Shown here one piece after another: positions 1 through 12,217 of a DNA stretch of 64,000 nucleotides. Within the stretch, counting starts at the first letter, position 1. Each line of letters begins with the position of its first letter. The stretch covers positions 29,138 through 93,137 of the forward strand of contig CANQPP010000003.1 in NCBI GenBank assembly GCA_947625765.1, written 5' to 3'. The position numbers and the translations under genes are program-made. The notes beneath the pieces are model-generated. The model saw only the letters and a program-made list of their open reading frames with translations, made no database searches and was not told where the DNA came from. This DNA is from an uncultured Clostridia bacterium (GTDB taxonomy: Bacteria; Bacillota; Clostridia; Christensenellales; UBA1750).

Positions 1-689
1 AGGACAGCGTTAAGCTGATCGAGCAGAGCAACTACGATCCCGAGGCCGCCATCGAGCTGGCCTTAAAGACCGCCAAGGCCAAGTTCGACGAGACACTGGA
101 AGTCTCCGTCCGCTTGGGCGTCGATCCCCGCCATGCGGACCAGCAGGTCCGCGGCACCGTGGTGCTGCCCAACGGCACCGGCCGCACCGTGCGCGTGCTG
201 GTCTTCGCCAAGGGCGACAACGCCAAGGCCGCCGAGGCCGCCGGCGCGGACTACGTGGGCGCCGAGGAAATGGTCGCCAAGATCCAGCAGGAGAACTGGT
301 TCGAGTTCGATGTCTGCGTCGCCACCCCCGACATGATGGGCGTCGTCGGCCGTCTGGGCCGCGTTTTGGGCCCCAAGGGCCTCATGCCCAACCCCAAGTC
401 CGGCACCGTGACCACCGACGTGGCCCGCGCCATCGCCGAGATCAAAGCCGGTAAGGTCGAGTACCGCGTGGACCGCACCGCCATCGTGCACGTTCCCTTC
501 GGCAAGGCTTCCTTCGGCCAGGAGAAGCTCGCCGAGAACTTCCGCGTGCTGATGGACGCCATCGTCAAGGCCCGTCCTGCGGCCGCCAAGGGCACCTACG
601 TGCGCTCCGTGGTCGTTTCCACCACCATGGGCCCCGGCATCAAGCTGAACCCCGCCCGCTTCGTCTCCGCTGCCCCCAGCGCCAACTAA
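1..689 (+). CDS. rplA: 50S ribosomal protein L1 (5' end outside window)
   Basis: Open frame from position 3: [26 protein letters not shown]...[14 protein letters not shown]...STTMGPG, hallmark L1 motifs. Confidence 0.98.
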   Translation, partial: DSVKLIEQSNYDPEAAIELALKTAKAKFDETLEVSVRLGVDPRHADQQVRGTVVLPNGTGRTVRVLVFAKGDNAKAAEAAGADYVGAEEMVAKIQQENWFEFDVCVATPDMMGVVGRLGRVLGPKGLMPNPKSGTVTTDVARAIAEIKAGKVEYRVDRTAIVHVPFGKASFGQEKLAENFRVLMDAIVKARPAAAKGTYVRSVVVSTTMGPGIKLNPARFVSAAPSAN

Positions 690-713
690 GGCAGGGCGAA
701 ATACAGACCAACG

Positions 714-749
714 CGCTCCCGTCCGTTTTTCAGGCGGGAGCGTTTTTTT
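714..749 (+). terminator. Rho-independent terminator after rplA
   Basis: CGCTCCCGTC...GGCGGGAGCG stem followed by T7. Confidence 0.8.
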
Positions 750-1270
750 GTGGGGGAATATAGAAATACCCGGCAAGAAGGCCCTCCCTTTCTGGAAACC
801 TCCGGCCCGCGCAGGGGTTTCATCGAAAATTTTGTGGGGGTATATGGAAATACCCAGCCTGCAACCCTTCCCGCAGCGGCCCTCGCTCCTTCTATGGAGG
901 CCTTTTCTTCCGGCGGAAAGCCCCTTCCCTTTCTGGAAATCCTCAGCCAGCGTGGGGTTTTCATCGAAAATTTTCTGTGTGAGAAGTCTTTTTGGTAGGG
1001 AAGCTCCGGCCGCGGCGGCTTCTTCCCTTCTATAACAGCCTTTTCTTCAAGGAAAACGCCCCTTCCCTTTCTGGAAATATCCGGGCCAGCACGGGGTTTT
1101 CGACTAAAATTTTCTGTGTGAAAGGGCCTCTTGACAAGGAAGCTCCAGCTGCGGTGGGCTTTTCCCTTTCTAGGAAAGCCTTCCTTTCCGGGAGAACGCC
1201 CTTTCCTTTTCTGAAAACCCCCGGCCAGCGCGGGGTTCCTTCCGGCGATTTTCCGCACAGGGGAAAAGCC
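750..1270. repeat. Degenerate ~140-bp tandem repeat, 4 units, non-coding
   Basis: TTTCTGGAAA-like anchor (CTGGAAA/CTGAAAA) at 792, 933, 1071 and 1211; the first three are followed by GGGGTTT...AAAATTTT, the fourth is more degenerate; spacing 141/138/140. Confidence 0.85.
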
Positions 1271-1308
1271 CTCGCCCGTGCGAAGGCTTCTTCCCTTAAA
1301 CAAAACCG

Positions 1309-2751
1309 TCAGCGGCGGCCCTGCAGCCACTCCAGCGCCCGCTGGCAGCCCTGCGCGCCCAGCGACTGCAGCAGCTCCTCGGGCTCGGCGATCCTGCCCG
1401 CGCACTTCCTGTGATAGCCCCGCAGAGCGCGCAGGAAGCCGTCGTTGCCCAGCAGCGCCCGCAGGTCGTGCCACATCGCCGCCCCCTTCTTGTAGACCAG
1501 GGCGTCGTAGAGCGCGTTGGTCGAAAAGGAGCTGATCGGCGCGTCCATGTTGACGCCCTGCAGTTCCTCGTCCTCGCAGGCGGGCCGCAGCAGCGTCTGG
1601 TACAGCGATTCCAGCGACTGCCTGCCATAGCGGGCCTCGTAATAGAGCAGCGTGGAATATTCGGCCAGGGACTCGTCCTGCCAGGGATGGCGCGCCTGGT
1701 CGCTGCCCACCTCCGCGTACCACCACTGGTGGGCGGTCTCGTGGGCCGTAACGAACTCCAGCAGCCCGCTGTCGTCCCGCAGGAGCGCGTCGTCCAGCAG
1801 CAGGAGGGAGGGATACTCCATGCCCCCGAAGGCGAAATCGCCCAGGCAGAGCAGCAGCTCCCGGCTCCTGAGCTCCCCGAACAGCTCCGCATAGGTGCCC
1901 GCCGCGCGGGCGCCCAGCTCGGCCAGGCGGCGGGCGTCCTCCTCCGAAAACGCGAAGGCCTTGACCTGCATATCCCCCTCTTTGCACGCAAAGACGCAGT
2001 AGTCCCGGCTCAATACCAGCGGGAACTCCCGCAGGTCCTTGGCCCTAAACGTCCAAACGCCGTCCTCCCCGTCCGAGCACAGCCCCGGCCCGGCCGCCAC
2101 GTAGGCCGTGGGCGCGCGCAGCGTCACCGTGTAGTCTGCCGTCTCGCTCACGAAGGGGTCGCCCACGGGCGTGTACTCCTCCAAACGCCAGGCGGAGCCG
2201 TCGTGGTAGGCCGGCACGGCGAAGGCGTTGAGCAGGCGCACGTCCCTGTCCGAGTAGCCAAAGCGCAGGCGGCTGCGGGGCAGCGTCAGCGTGTAGCGGA
2301 GGCCGATCTCCGCCCGCTGCCCGTCCTTGAGGGGCTGCTCCAGACGCACGCGCAGGAGCGTCTGCGTCTCCCCCTCCAGCGTCCAGTCGGCGGGTTTTCC
2401 CTCGCTTGTGACCTCCTCCACCGCCGCGCCGCCCGGGGAGAAGCCCTCCGGGTAGGCCTTGTCGAAGTCCGCATCCAGCACGGGCGCGCGCTCCTCTGTG
2501 GAAAAGGCGTTCGGGTAGAGGTGCAGGTACACGCAGTCCAGCTCCAGCCCGCTGCGGTTCACCCAGCGGATGGTCTGGCTGACGTGTAACATGTGGGCGT
2601 CCTCGTCGTACTCCGCCTCCAGCGCGATCTCGTTGGGCACGCGGGCGTGCAGGACCAAAAACAGCGCGAGCCCCAGAAAGAGTCCTAAACAGATCAGGGC
2701 CTTGCGGTGCGCCTTCGCCCAGCACAGGCAGCGATCCATGTGTGCCTTCAT
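1309..2751 (-). CDS. M1 family zinc aminopeptidase with N-terminal membrane anchor
   Basis: GGMEY exopeptidase motif, AHETAHQWW (HEXXH), downstream E in WQDES, VYKKGA. Confidence 0.9.
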   Translation of the reverse strand: MKAHMDRCLCWAKAHRKALICLGLFLGLALFLVLHARVPNEIALEAEYDEDAHMLHVSQTIRWVNRSGLELDCVYLHLYPNAFSTEERAPVLDADFDKAYPEGFSPGGAAVEEVTSEGKPADWTLEGETQTLLRVRLEQPLKDGQRAEIGLRYTLTLPRSRLRFGYSDRDVRLLNAFAVPAYHDGSAWRLEEYTPVGDPFVSETADYTVTLRAPTAYVAAGPGLCSDGEDGVWTFRAKDLREFPLVLSRDYCVFACKEGDMQVKAFAFSEEDARRLAELGARAAGTYAELFGELRSRELLLCLGDFAFGGMEYPSLLLLDDALLRDDSGLLEFVTAHETAHQWWYAEVGSDQARHPWQDESLAEYSTLLYYEARYGRQSLESLYQTLLRPACEDEELQGVNMDAPISSFSTNALYDALVYKKGAAMWHDLRALLGNDGFLRALRGYHRKCAGRIAEPEELLQSLGAQGCQRALEWLQGRR

Positions 2752-2941
2752 CCCCCGCTCCCCCTTTGTTCCGCTTCTTTGTCTGATGGGATCATTGTAT
2801 GCGCGTCGCTTCGCGCTTTATGCCCCCGCGCCTCCCGGCGCGATACGCCGGAACGCGTCTGTCCACGGGCCCCGGTTTGTGGTATGATAAGGGAGCAGGC
2901 CGGGCCGCCCACGCGGCCGGGCGGGAAAGGAGGGCGAGCGG

Positions 2942-4441
2942 ATGCCCCTTTGCGTGTTCGACGACAGCAACGCCATGTTCGGCTCCACGCCGGTGGACAA
3001 CCTGTTCTTAGAGGAGTTCATGCCCCTGGCGCCGGGGGACTGCGTCAAGGTGTACCTCTACGGGCTCAAGCTCTGCCAGAGCGCCGGCCGGGAGATGACG
3101 CTCTCCGCCGTGGCCCGGGCGCTGGCGCTGGAGGAGGAGCAGGTGCTCAAGGCCTTCGGCTACTGGGAGCGCAAGGGGCTGCTGCGCCGCCTGTCGGACA
3201 GGCCGCCTTCCTATGCCTACGTGAACCTGCAGAGGGCCGTGATGGAGGGGAAGCTGGGCGGCCGCGACCAGGCGCTGCCCTACCAGGAGTTCAACGGCGC
3301 CCTGCAGGACCTCTTCGGCGACCGGCTGCTGCACGCCGAGGAATACCAGCGGCTCTACGCCATCGTGGAGGATCTGGGCATCCCCCAGGACGTGCTGCTG
3401 CTGCTGGTGGACTACATGATCCGTTCTTCCCCCCGCAAGCGGAACGTGACACTCAAGCAGATCGAGCGCGAGGCCCAGTTCTGGGTGAGCAAGGGCTACA
3501 CCACCCGCGAGTCGGCCCAGGACTACATCCACTCCAAGGAAGCGGTCTACGAGGGCGCGCGGCAGGTGCTGCGCCAGATGGGCCAGCGCCGCGCCCCTTC
3601 TTTGGACGAGGAAGCCCTCTACCAGCGCTGGACGGAGGAGATGGGCTTCTCCCTGGAGGCGATCCTGCTGGCCTGCAAGGAGACCACCAAGATCAGCGCC
3701 CCCAACTTCGCCTACGTGGACTCGGTGCTCACCAGCCGCTATAAGCGCGGCGCGATCCGGCCCGACCAGGCCGCGGAGGCCGAGAGGCAGCGGGCCGAAC
3801 GGGTGCAGGGCCTGCGGCAGGTGCTGGAGAGCTTAGGCCTGCCCGCCTCCGCCGCAACACAGGACAACCAGAAGCTCTATTCCTCCTGGCTGCAGATGGG
3901 CTTTGACCAGGAGGCGCTGGTGTTCATCGCCCGCTACATGCTGCGCCGGGGGGACAGGCACGACCTGGACGCCTTCTCGGCCATGCTGGAGCGCTTCCGC
4001 TCCAAGGGGCTTTTCAAGGGAGAAGAGCTCCAAGAGAAGCTGCAGGCGCAGGGAAGGAGCGAAAGAGAGCTGGACGCCCTGTTCCACGCCGCGGACATCC
4101 GCAGGCGGCCCACGGACGCGGACATCCAGCAGCTGGAAAGCTGGAAGAAGCAAGGCGCGAGCATGGAGCTCATGCTGCTGGCCGCGGAATACTCCCGCCA
4201 CGCGGAGAACCCCTTCGCCATGATGCAGAAGATCTTAAGCGGCTGGCTGGAGGCGAGCCTGCGCGACGTGGAGAGCGCGCGCAGGGACCACGAGCAGCGC
4301 AGGCAGGCGGCAAAGCCCGCAGCGGGCGGGACGAAGGCCAATACGTGGAACAATTATCCCCAGCATAGCTACACCAAGGAAGAATACGAAGCGATGTACG
4401 ACGATCTGGACGAGCTGTTGGGGGAGGAGCCGAAGACATGA
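2942..4441 (+). CDS. DnaD/DnaB-like replication initiation protein
   Basis: VDNLFLEEFMPLAPGDCVKVYLY N-terminus, repeated DnaD-like segments (NFAYVDSVL, KILSGW); coupled to the downstream ATPase. Confidence 0.85.
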   Translation: MPLCVFDDSNAMFGSTPVDNLFLEEFMPLAPGDCVKVYLYGLKLCQSAGREMTLSAVARALALEEEQVLKAFGYWERKGLLRRLSDRPPSYAYVNLQRAVMEGKLGGRDQALPYQEFNGALQDLFGDRLLHAEEYQRLYAIVEDLGIPQDVLLLLVDYMIRSSPRKRNVTLKQIEREAQFWVSKGYTTRESAQDYIHSKEAVYEGARQVLRQMGQRRAPSLDEEALYQRWTEEMGFSLEAILLACKETTKISAPNFAYVDSVLTSRYKRGAIRPDQAAEAERQRAERVQGLRQVLESLGLPASAATQDNQKLYSSWLQMGFDQEALVFIARYMLRRGDRHDLDAFSAMLERFRSKGLFKGEELQEKLQAQGRSERELDALFHAADIRRRPTDADIQQLESWKKQGASMELMLLAAEYSRHAENPFAMMQKILSGWLEASLRDVESARRDHEQRRQAAKPAAGGTKANTWNNYPQHSYTKEEYEAMYDDLDELLGEEPKT

Positions 4442-5418
4442 TCCTTTGGGACAAAAAACAGATATTGCGCGATATATTGGAAGAAAAGAAGGCGAGCAAG
4501 CAGCGGGCGGAGGCCGAGGCGCTGGCGCGGCGGGACGAGATCGCGCAGCGCGCGCCCATCTACGCCCGGCTGGACCAGGAGCTGGCCCGCATCCGGGCGC
4601 ATCTGGCCCAGGACGCGCTCAGCCACCCCGGCGAGCAGGAGCGCATCAACGAGGAGGGGCGGCGGCAGGTGCTGGCCCTGCGGGACCGCGCCCGCGAGGA
4701 GTTAAAGAGCGCAGGCTTTTCCCCGGAGGACCTAAAGCCCCATTATGACTGCCCCCTCTGCCAGGACACGGGCTTCGTGGGCCCCGCGCCGCAGCGGCGC
4801 TGTACGTGCGTGGAGCGGGAGCTGCAGAGGCGGCTCTACGCCCTGGGCGGCGGGAGCGGGCAGAGCTTCCAGACGTTCGACCTGTCCCGCTTCCCGGACG
4901 AGCCGGGTCCGGACGGCGGTCTCTCCCAGCGCAAGCGCATGGAGAAGATGCGGGAGCTGGCCCTGCGCTACGTGGACGCCTTCCCGAACTATCCCAAGCG
5001 GGACATACTGCTCAGCGGCACGACGGGGCAGGGCAAGACGTTCCTGCTCAACTGCATCTCTCTGGCCGTGCTGGAGAGGGGCTTTACGGTGCTGCGGATC
5101 TCTGCCTTCGATATGTTCGAGCTGATGCGCCAGTACCACAGGGACGGAGAGATAAGCGGCATGGAGACCATGCTGAACGCCCAGCTGCTGGCCATCGACG
5201 ACCTGGGCTCCGAGCCCATGATGCAGAACATCACGAAGGAGTACCTGTTCACCCTGCTTACCGAGCGCAAGGAGAAGCGGCTGAACACGCTGATCGCCAC
5301 CAATTTGGATACGGCGGCGCTGATGGAGCGGTACAGCGACAGGATCTTCTCCCGCTTGACGGACAGGGACAGTACGATGCTCCTGACCTTTCAGGGAAAG
5401 GACCTGCGCAGGCTCTGA
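4438..5418 (+). CDS. DnaC/DnaI-like helicase loader ATPase
   Basis: CPLCQDTG...C-x-C zinc motif, Walker A GTTGQGKT, Walker B LAIDDLG, IATNL, RIFSRL, GKDLR. Confidence 0.9.
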   Translation: MILWDKKQILRDILEEKKASKQRAEAEALARRDEIAQRAPIYARLDQELARIRAHLAQDALSHPGEQERINEEGRRQVLALRDRAREELKSAGFSPEDLKPHYDCPLCQDTGFVGPAPQRRCTCVERELQRRLYALGGGSGQSFQTFDLSRFPDEPGPDGGLSQRKRMEKMRELALRYVDAFPNYPKRDILLSGTTGQGKTFLLNCISLAVLERGFTVLRISAFDMFELMRQYHRDGEISGMETMLNAQLLAIDDLGSEPMMQNITKEYLFTLLTERKEKRLNTLIATNLDTAALMERYSDRIFSRLTDRDSTMLLTFQGKDLRRL

Positions 5419-5431
5419 CGAACGCACAGCC

Positions 5432-5471
5432 AAAAGGACGATGCGGTTTGACCGCACCGTCCTTTTCTTTT
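5432..5471. terminator. Bidirectional terminator between the loader ATPase and sigK
   Basis: AAAAGGACGATGCGGT / ACCGCACCGTCCTTTT hairpin with A and T tails. Confidence 0.75.
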
Positions 5472-6164
5472 TCAGCTGCCTTTTCCGAAGCAGCTGCGCA
5501 GCTTCTCCACCGCGCGCTTCTCGATCCTCGAGACGTAGGAGCGGGAGATGCCCAGCCGCTTGGCCACCTCCCGCTGGGGCAGGGGCGGAAGGCCAGAGAG
5601 GCCGTATCTAAGCTCCACCACCAGCCGCTCCTTTTCGGAGAGCTGCCCCCGCACGATCTCCTTGACCCGGCGCAGGCTCACCCGCTGCTCCACCTCCGCC
5701 TCCACGAGCTCCGGCTCGGTGCCCAAAATGTCGGTGAGCGAGATCTCGTTCCCCTCCTTGTCCACGCCCACGGGCTCGCTTAAGGACACCTCGCCCCGGA
5801 ACTTCTTGCGAGAGCGGATGGCCATGCGGATCTCGTTCTCTACGCAGCGGGCCGCGTAGGTGGCCAGCGCCACGCCCACCCCCCGCTTGTAGGTGTTCAC
5901 CGCCTTGATGAGGCCGATGGCGCCGATGGAGATGAGGTCGTCCTGGTCGATGCCGCAGCCCTGGTACTTCTTGGCCACGTGGGCCACCAGGCGCAGGTTG
6001 TGCTCCACCAGCTCCGTGCGGGCCGCCTCGGACCCCTCCGCCAGCTCCCGCAGGGCGCGCTCCTCCTCCGCGGGGCTCAGCGGCGTGGGAAAGGATTCCC
6101 GGCCGGACACGTAGGACAGCAGGAACATGAGCTCCCCAAGGCCGGACAACAGCCACTCCAGCAT
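5472..6164 (-). CDS. sigK: Sporulation sigma factor (pro-SigK), uninterrupted
   Basis: Hydrophobic pro-sequence then SFPTPLS, HNLRLVAHVAKKY, DLISIGAIGLIKAV, DKEGNEISL, QREVAKRLGISRSYVSRIEK; ATG at 6164. Confidence 0.9.
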   Translation of the reverse strand: MLEWLLSGLGELMFLLSYVSGRESFPTPLSPAEEERALRELAEGSEAARTELVEHNLRLVAHVAKKYQGCGIDQDDLISIGAIGLIKAVNTYKRGVGVALATYAARCVENEIRMAIRSRKKFRGEVSLSEPVGVDKEGNEISLTDILGTEPELVEAEVEQRVSLRRVKEIVRGQLSEKERLVVELRYGLSGLPPLPQREVAKRLGISRSYVSRIEKRAVEKLRSCFGKGS

Positions 6165-6363
6165 CTTCTCTTTCCTTCTTCCCCGTTTCTTTTTAAGCCC
6201 TGCTATCTTTAAAGCGGGCCGTCTCCCTATCACTCTATGCCGCCCGGCCTGACCACAGGGCCTGTTTCCCTTAAGGGGAACGGAAGGAAGGGACAAAAAA
6301 AGGAAGGGCCGCGGAAGCTCGCCTCCGCGGCCCTCTTTGGGTCAAATATCGATCGGGTCTGTT

Positions 6364-7008
6364 TTATTCCTGCAGGCTCCCGTTTGGGGAGACCACGACC
6401 ACCCGACAGGGGATGTCCCGGCCGCTGAACTCGACGGCCCTCTTAACGGCGCTCGCCAGGCCCCCGCAGCAGGGCACCGTCATGCGCAGGACGGTCACGT
6501 CCCGCACGCGGTTCATGAGCAGGATCTGCCCCAGCTTTTCGGCGTAGTCCACGGGATCCAGCTTCGGGCAGCCGATGAGCGTGACGCGGCCCTTTAAGAA
6601 GCGCTCGTGGGCGCAGCCGCAGGCAAAGGCGGTGCAGTCCGCGGCCACCAGCAGGCTCGCGTCCTCGTAATAGGGCGCTTGCAGCGGCGCTAAGCGCAGC
6701 TGCACCGGCCAGTTGGTGAGGCGGCTCGCCTGCTCGGACGGCGCTTCTTCCCCATCCGCCGGGCGGCTCACGCCCTCCTTATGGGCCCGCACGGCCCCCT
6801 CGTTGTAGGGCGCGGCCTCGCGCTCCTCAAAGGAGATGGCGTCCGCCGGGCAGGCGGGCAGGCAGTCGCCCAGGCCGTCGCAGTAGTCCTCGCGCATAAG
6901 ATGCGCCTTGCCGTTCACCATGGCGATGGCGCCCTCGTGGCAGGCCCGGGCGCAGGCGCCGCAGCCGTTGCACTTTTCCTCGTCGATCCGAACGATCCTG
7001 CGCAGCAT
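6364..7008 (-). CDS. 4Fe-4S dicluster ferredoxin-domain protein
   Basis: CNGCGACARAC and CDGLGDCLPACP, plus NWPVQL, GCPKLD, VPCCGG. Confidence 0.9.
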   Translation of the reverse strand: MLRRIVRIDEEKCNGCGACARACHEGAIAMVNGKAHLMREDYCDGLGDCLPACPADAISFEEREAAPYNEGAVRAHKEGVSRPADGEEAPSEQASRLTNWPVQLRLAPLQAPYYEDASLLVAADCTAFACGCAHERFLKGRVTLIGCPKLDPVDYAEKLGQILLMNRVRDVTVLRMTVPCCGGLASAVKRAVEFSGRDIPCRVVVVSPNGSLQE

Positions 7009-7036
7009 GGCGCGTCCCTCCCTCGTGTCGTTTATC

Positions 7037-10165
<3,129 letters not shown>

Positions 10166-10336
10166 CTAAACGCGCGCGGCGAATCAATGAAAACAGCAAA
10201 TCTTTTTTGAAAGAAAATGCGCCTGCCCGGGAAAACGGCCGGGCTAGGCGCATTCGGACCAAAATTTTTGTGCATACGGGCCTTTACGGCACGAGGCTCC
10301 AGATTCAGGCGCTCAAAAACGGCTTGATAAAGAACA

Positions 10337-10873
10337 TCACAAGGGCGGCCAGGCCGCAGAGCCACAGCGCTTCTTGGGCCTGTCTCCCTGCACTTTCAGC
10401 GGCCGCAGGCGGAGCAGGCCCTTTGCGATGAGCCAGCCCAGGCACGTTCCCGCAAGGTTGGTGAGCAGGTCGTCGACGTCCGTGGTACGGTAGGTGAACA
10501 GCTGCATGAGCTCTATGCACGCAGAGAGCGAAAGCCCATAGAGCAGCGTGTACCTCGCCTTCTGGAAGCGCTCCCAGATAAGGGGCAGCAGGAGGCCCAA
10601 AGGCAGGAAGAGCAGCACGTTGAGCAGGGCGTTGGGCAGGTCGTCCACAAGGCCGACGAAGGGAACGAGGTTCAGCGTCCAGTCGAGATGGAAGTCCTTG
10701 ACGGAGGGAAAGCCCACCGCTTCAAACACCGCGCAGAGGTACAGCGCAAAGTGCGCGGAAAGGACCGTCCGCCGAAGATCACGGAAGTACGTAAAGTGCA
10801 AGAGCACAAAGAGCACAAGCAGCGGGATAGCCGCGGCGAAAGTCCCCACGACGATGTAGACTATCAGATGCAC
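10337..10873 (-). CDS. VanZ family membrane protein
   Basis: NLVPF, NVLLFLPLG, IELMQLF, TDVDDLLTNLAG. Confidence 0.85.
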   Translation of the reverse strand: MHLIVYIVVGTFAAAIPLLVLFVLLHFTYFRDLRRTVLSAHFALYLCAVFEAVGFPSVKDFHLDWTLNLVPFVGLVDDLPNALLNVLLFLPLGLLLPLIWERFQKARYTLLYGLSLSACIELMQLFTYRTTDVDDLLTNLAGTCLGWLIAKGLLRLRPLKVQGDRPKKRCGSAAWPPL

Positions 10874-10887
10874 GATGGTTTCTCCAT

Positions 10888-12186
10888 TTATATTTCTTCT
10901 TTAGCGTCTTTTCCCATCTTCAGCTTGCCGGCGCCGCAGAAGCGCGACCAGGCGGGCAGCGCCGCCAGGCAGAGCGCCAGCGTCAGCAGGGCGATGACGA
11001 GCCAGCTGATCACCGTGACGGACCAGCCGAAGCGGTCCGCCAGCGCGCCGAAGCCGTAGCTGGACAGGGCGCAGCCGATGTAGATGGTGGAGTTGAGAAG
11101 CCCGGTGACCGTGGAGGCGCGGCCGTAGGGGCCGAAGCGCACGGGCACGAGGGTGATGATCATGTGGTTATAGCCCAGCAGTATGGAGGTGCAAATGGCC
11201 AGCAGCAGCACGCTCAAGTAGATGGGCAGCCGCATCAGGAAGCAGAGGGCGGCCAACGGCGGCAGGATCAGGACCATGCAGCCGGCGGATGTCAGGATCT
11301 CGTTGTCGCGGCACCACCTGTGCCAGGCCCAGGTGGCCGCGAAGGCCCCGCAGAGGTTCACGATGGGCAGCGCCAGGGACAGCCCCAGGGAGAAGGAGGG
11401 CGAGACGCCGTAGCTTTCCGTGATGAGCGTGGGCACCCAGGTGGTGACGCCGTCCTTGAGCATGCCGTGCAGCATCGTGGGCAGTATAAGGAGCACGATG
11501 CCGGAGCGGAGCAGCAGGGAGGCAAGGCCGCCCTGCTTGGGGGCCGCGGGGCTTTCGGGGTTTATGACCTCGGATACGGGCGGGGCGGCGGGCCGCTTGT
11601 CCGCCTTCACATACATGCGCCAGACGCAGGCCCAGAGCAGGATCGCGGGCAGCATGCACAGCCCCGCCGCGCCGAATACGGCCCGCCAGGTGAAGAAACG
11701 CAGCATCCCCATGGACACCGCGTAGGCCAAACAGGTGCCCATGGGGACGGTGGAAGCGATGTGCAGGCAGGCCCGGTCCCTTTGCTCGGGCACGAGCACG
11801 GTGGAGAGTATGCGCACGATGGGCGACCAGATCATGGACTGGGCCAGGCCGTTGACGCCCCAGACGATGGAGAGCCACAGCGGCGTGGGCATAAGGCTCA
11901 TCAGAGCGTTCATGCAGGCGGAGACGGACAGGCCGATAAACACCATGGGGAAGGGCGAGAGCTTATCGCCCAGGAAGCCGTTCACCAGCTGGCCGGAGCC
12001 GTAGCAGAAGAAGAACACCGTGCCGATCACGCCGGCCTCGGCCTTGGTGAACAGCTGGGAGGCGACCATGCCTGCCAGCGCCGCGGAGTAGTTGACGCGG
12101 CCTATGTAGGTGAAGGCGTAGGCGATCCAGGCCGCCGCGAAAACCAGGGAGGACGCGCGCGCGTCCTTCAGCGTTCCGTGTTTCAT
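10888..12186 (-). CDS. MFS transporter (OPA/GlpT-like)
   Basis: About 12 hydrophobic segments, YIGRVNYS, YGSGQLVNGFLGDK. Confidence 0.88.
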   Translation of the reverse strand: MKHGTLKDARASSLVFAAAWIAYAFTYIGRVNYSAALAGMVASQLFTKAEAGVIGTVFFFCYGSGQLVNGFLGDKLSPFPMVFIGLSVSACMNALMSLMPTPLWLSIVWGVNGLAQSMIWSPIVRILSTVLVPEQRDRACLHIASTVPMGTCLAYAVSMGMLRFFTWRAVFGAAGLCMLPAILLWACVWRMYVKADKRPAAPPVSEVINPESPAAPKQGGLASLLLRSGIVLLILPTMLHGMLKDGVTTWVPTLITESYGVSPSFSLGLSLALPIVNLCGAFAATWAWHRWCRDNEILTSAGCMVLILPPLAALCFLMRLPIYLSVLLLAICTSILLGYNHMIITLVPVRFGPYGRASTVTGLLNSTIYIGCALSSYGFGALADRFGWSVTVISWLVIALLTLALCLAALPAWSRFCGAGKLKMGKDAKEEI

Positions 12187-12217
12187 AAGGGAAAGATGCT
12201 CGTTTCCTTGTATTTTT

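Noticed and set aside
2942-5418. Prophage or IS21 (IstB) replication module
   Set aside because: Architecture fits the chromosomal clostridial DnaD/DnaC pair; no integrase, IstA or phage genes nearby
5472-6164. skin-like interruption of sigK
   Set aside because: The reading frame is continuous and full length
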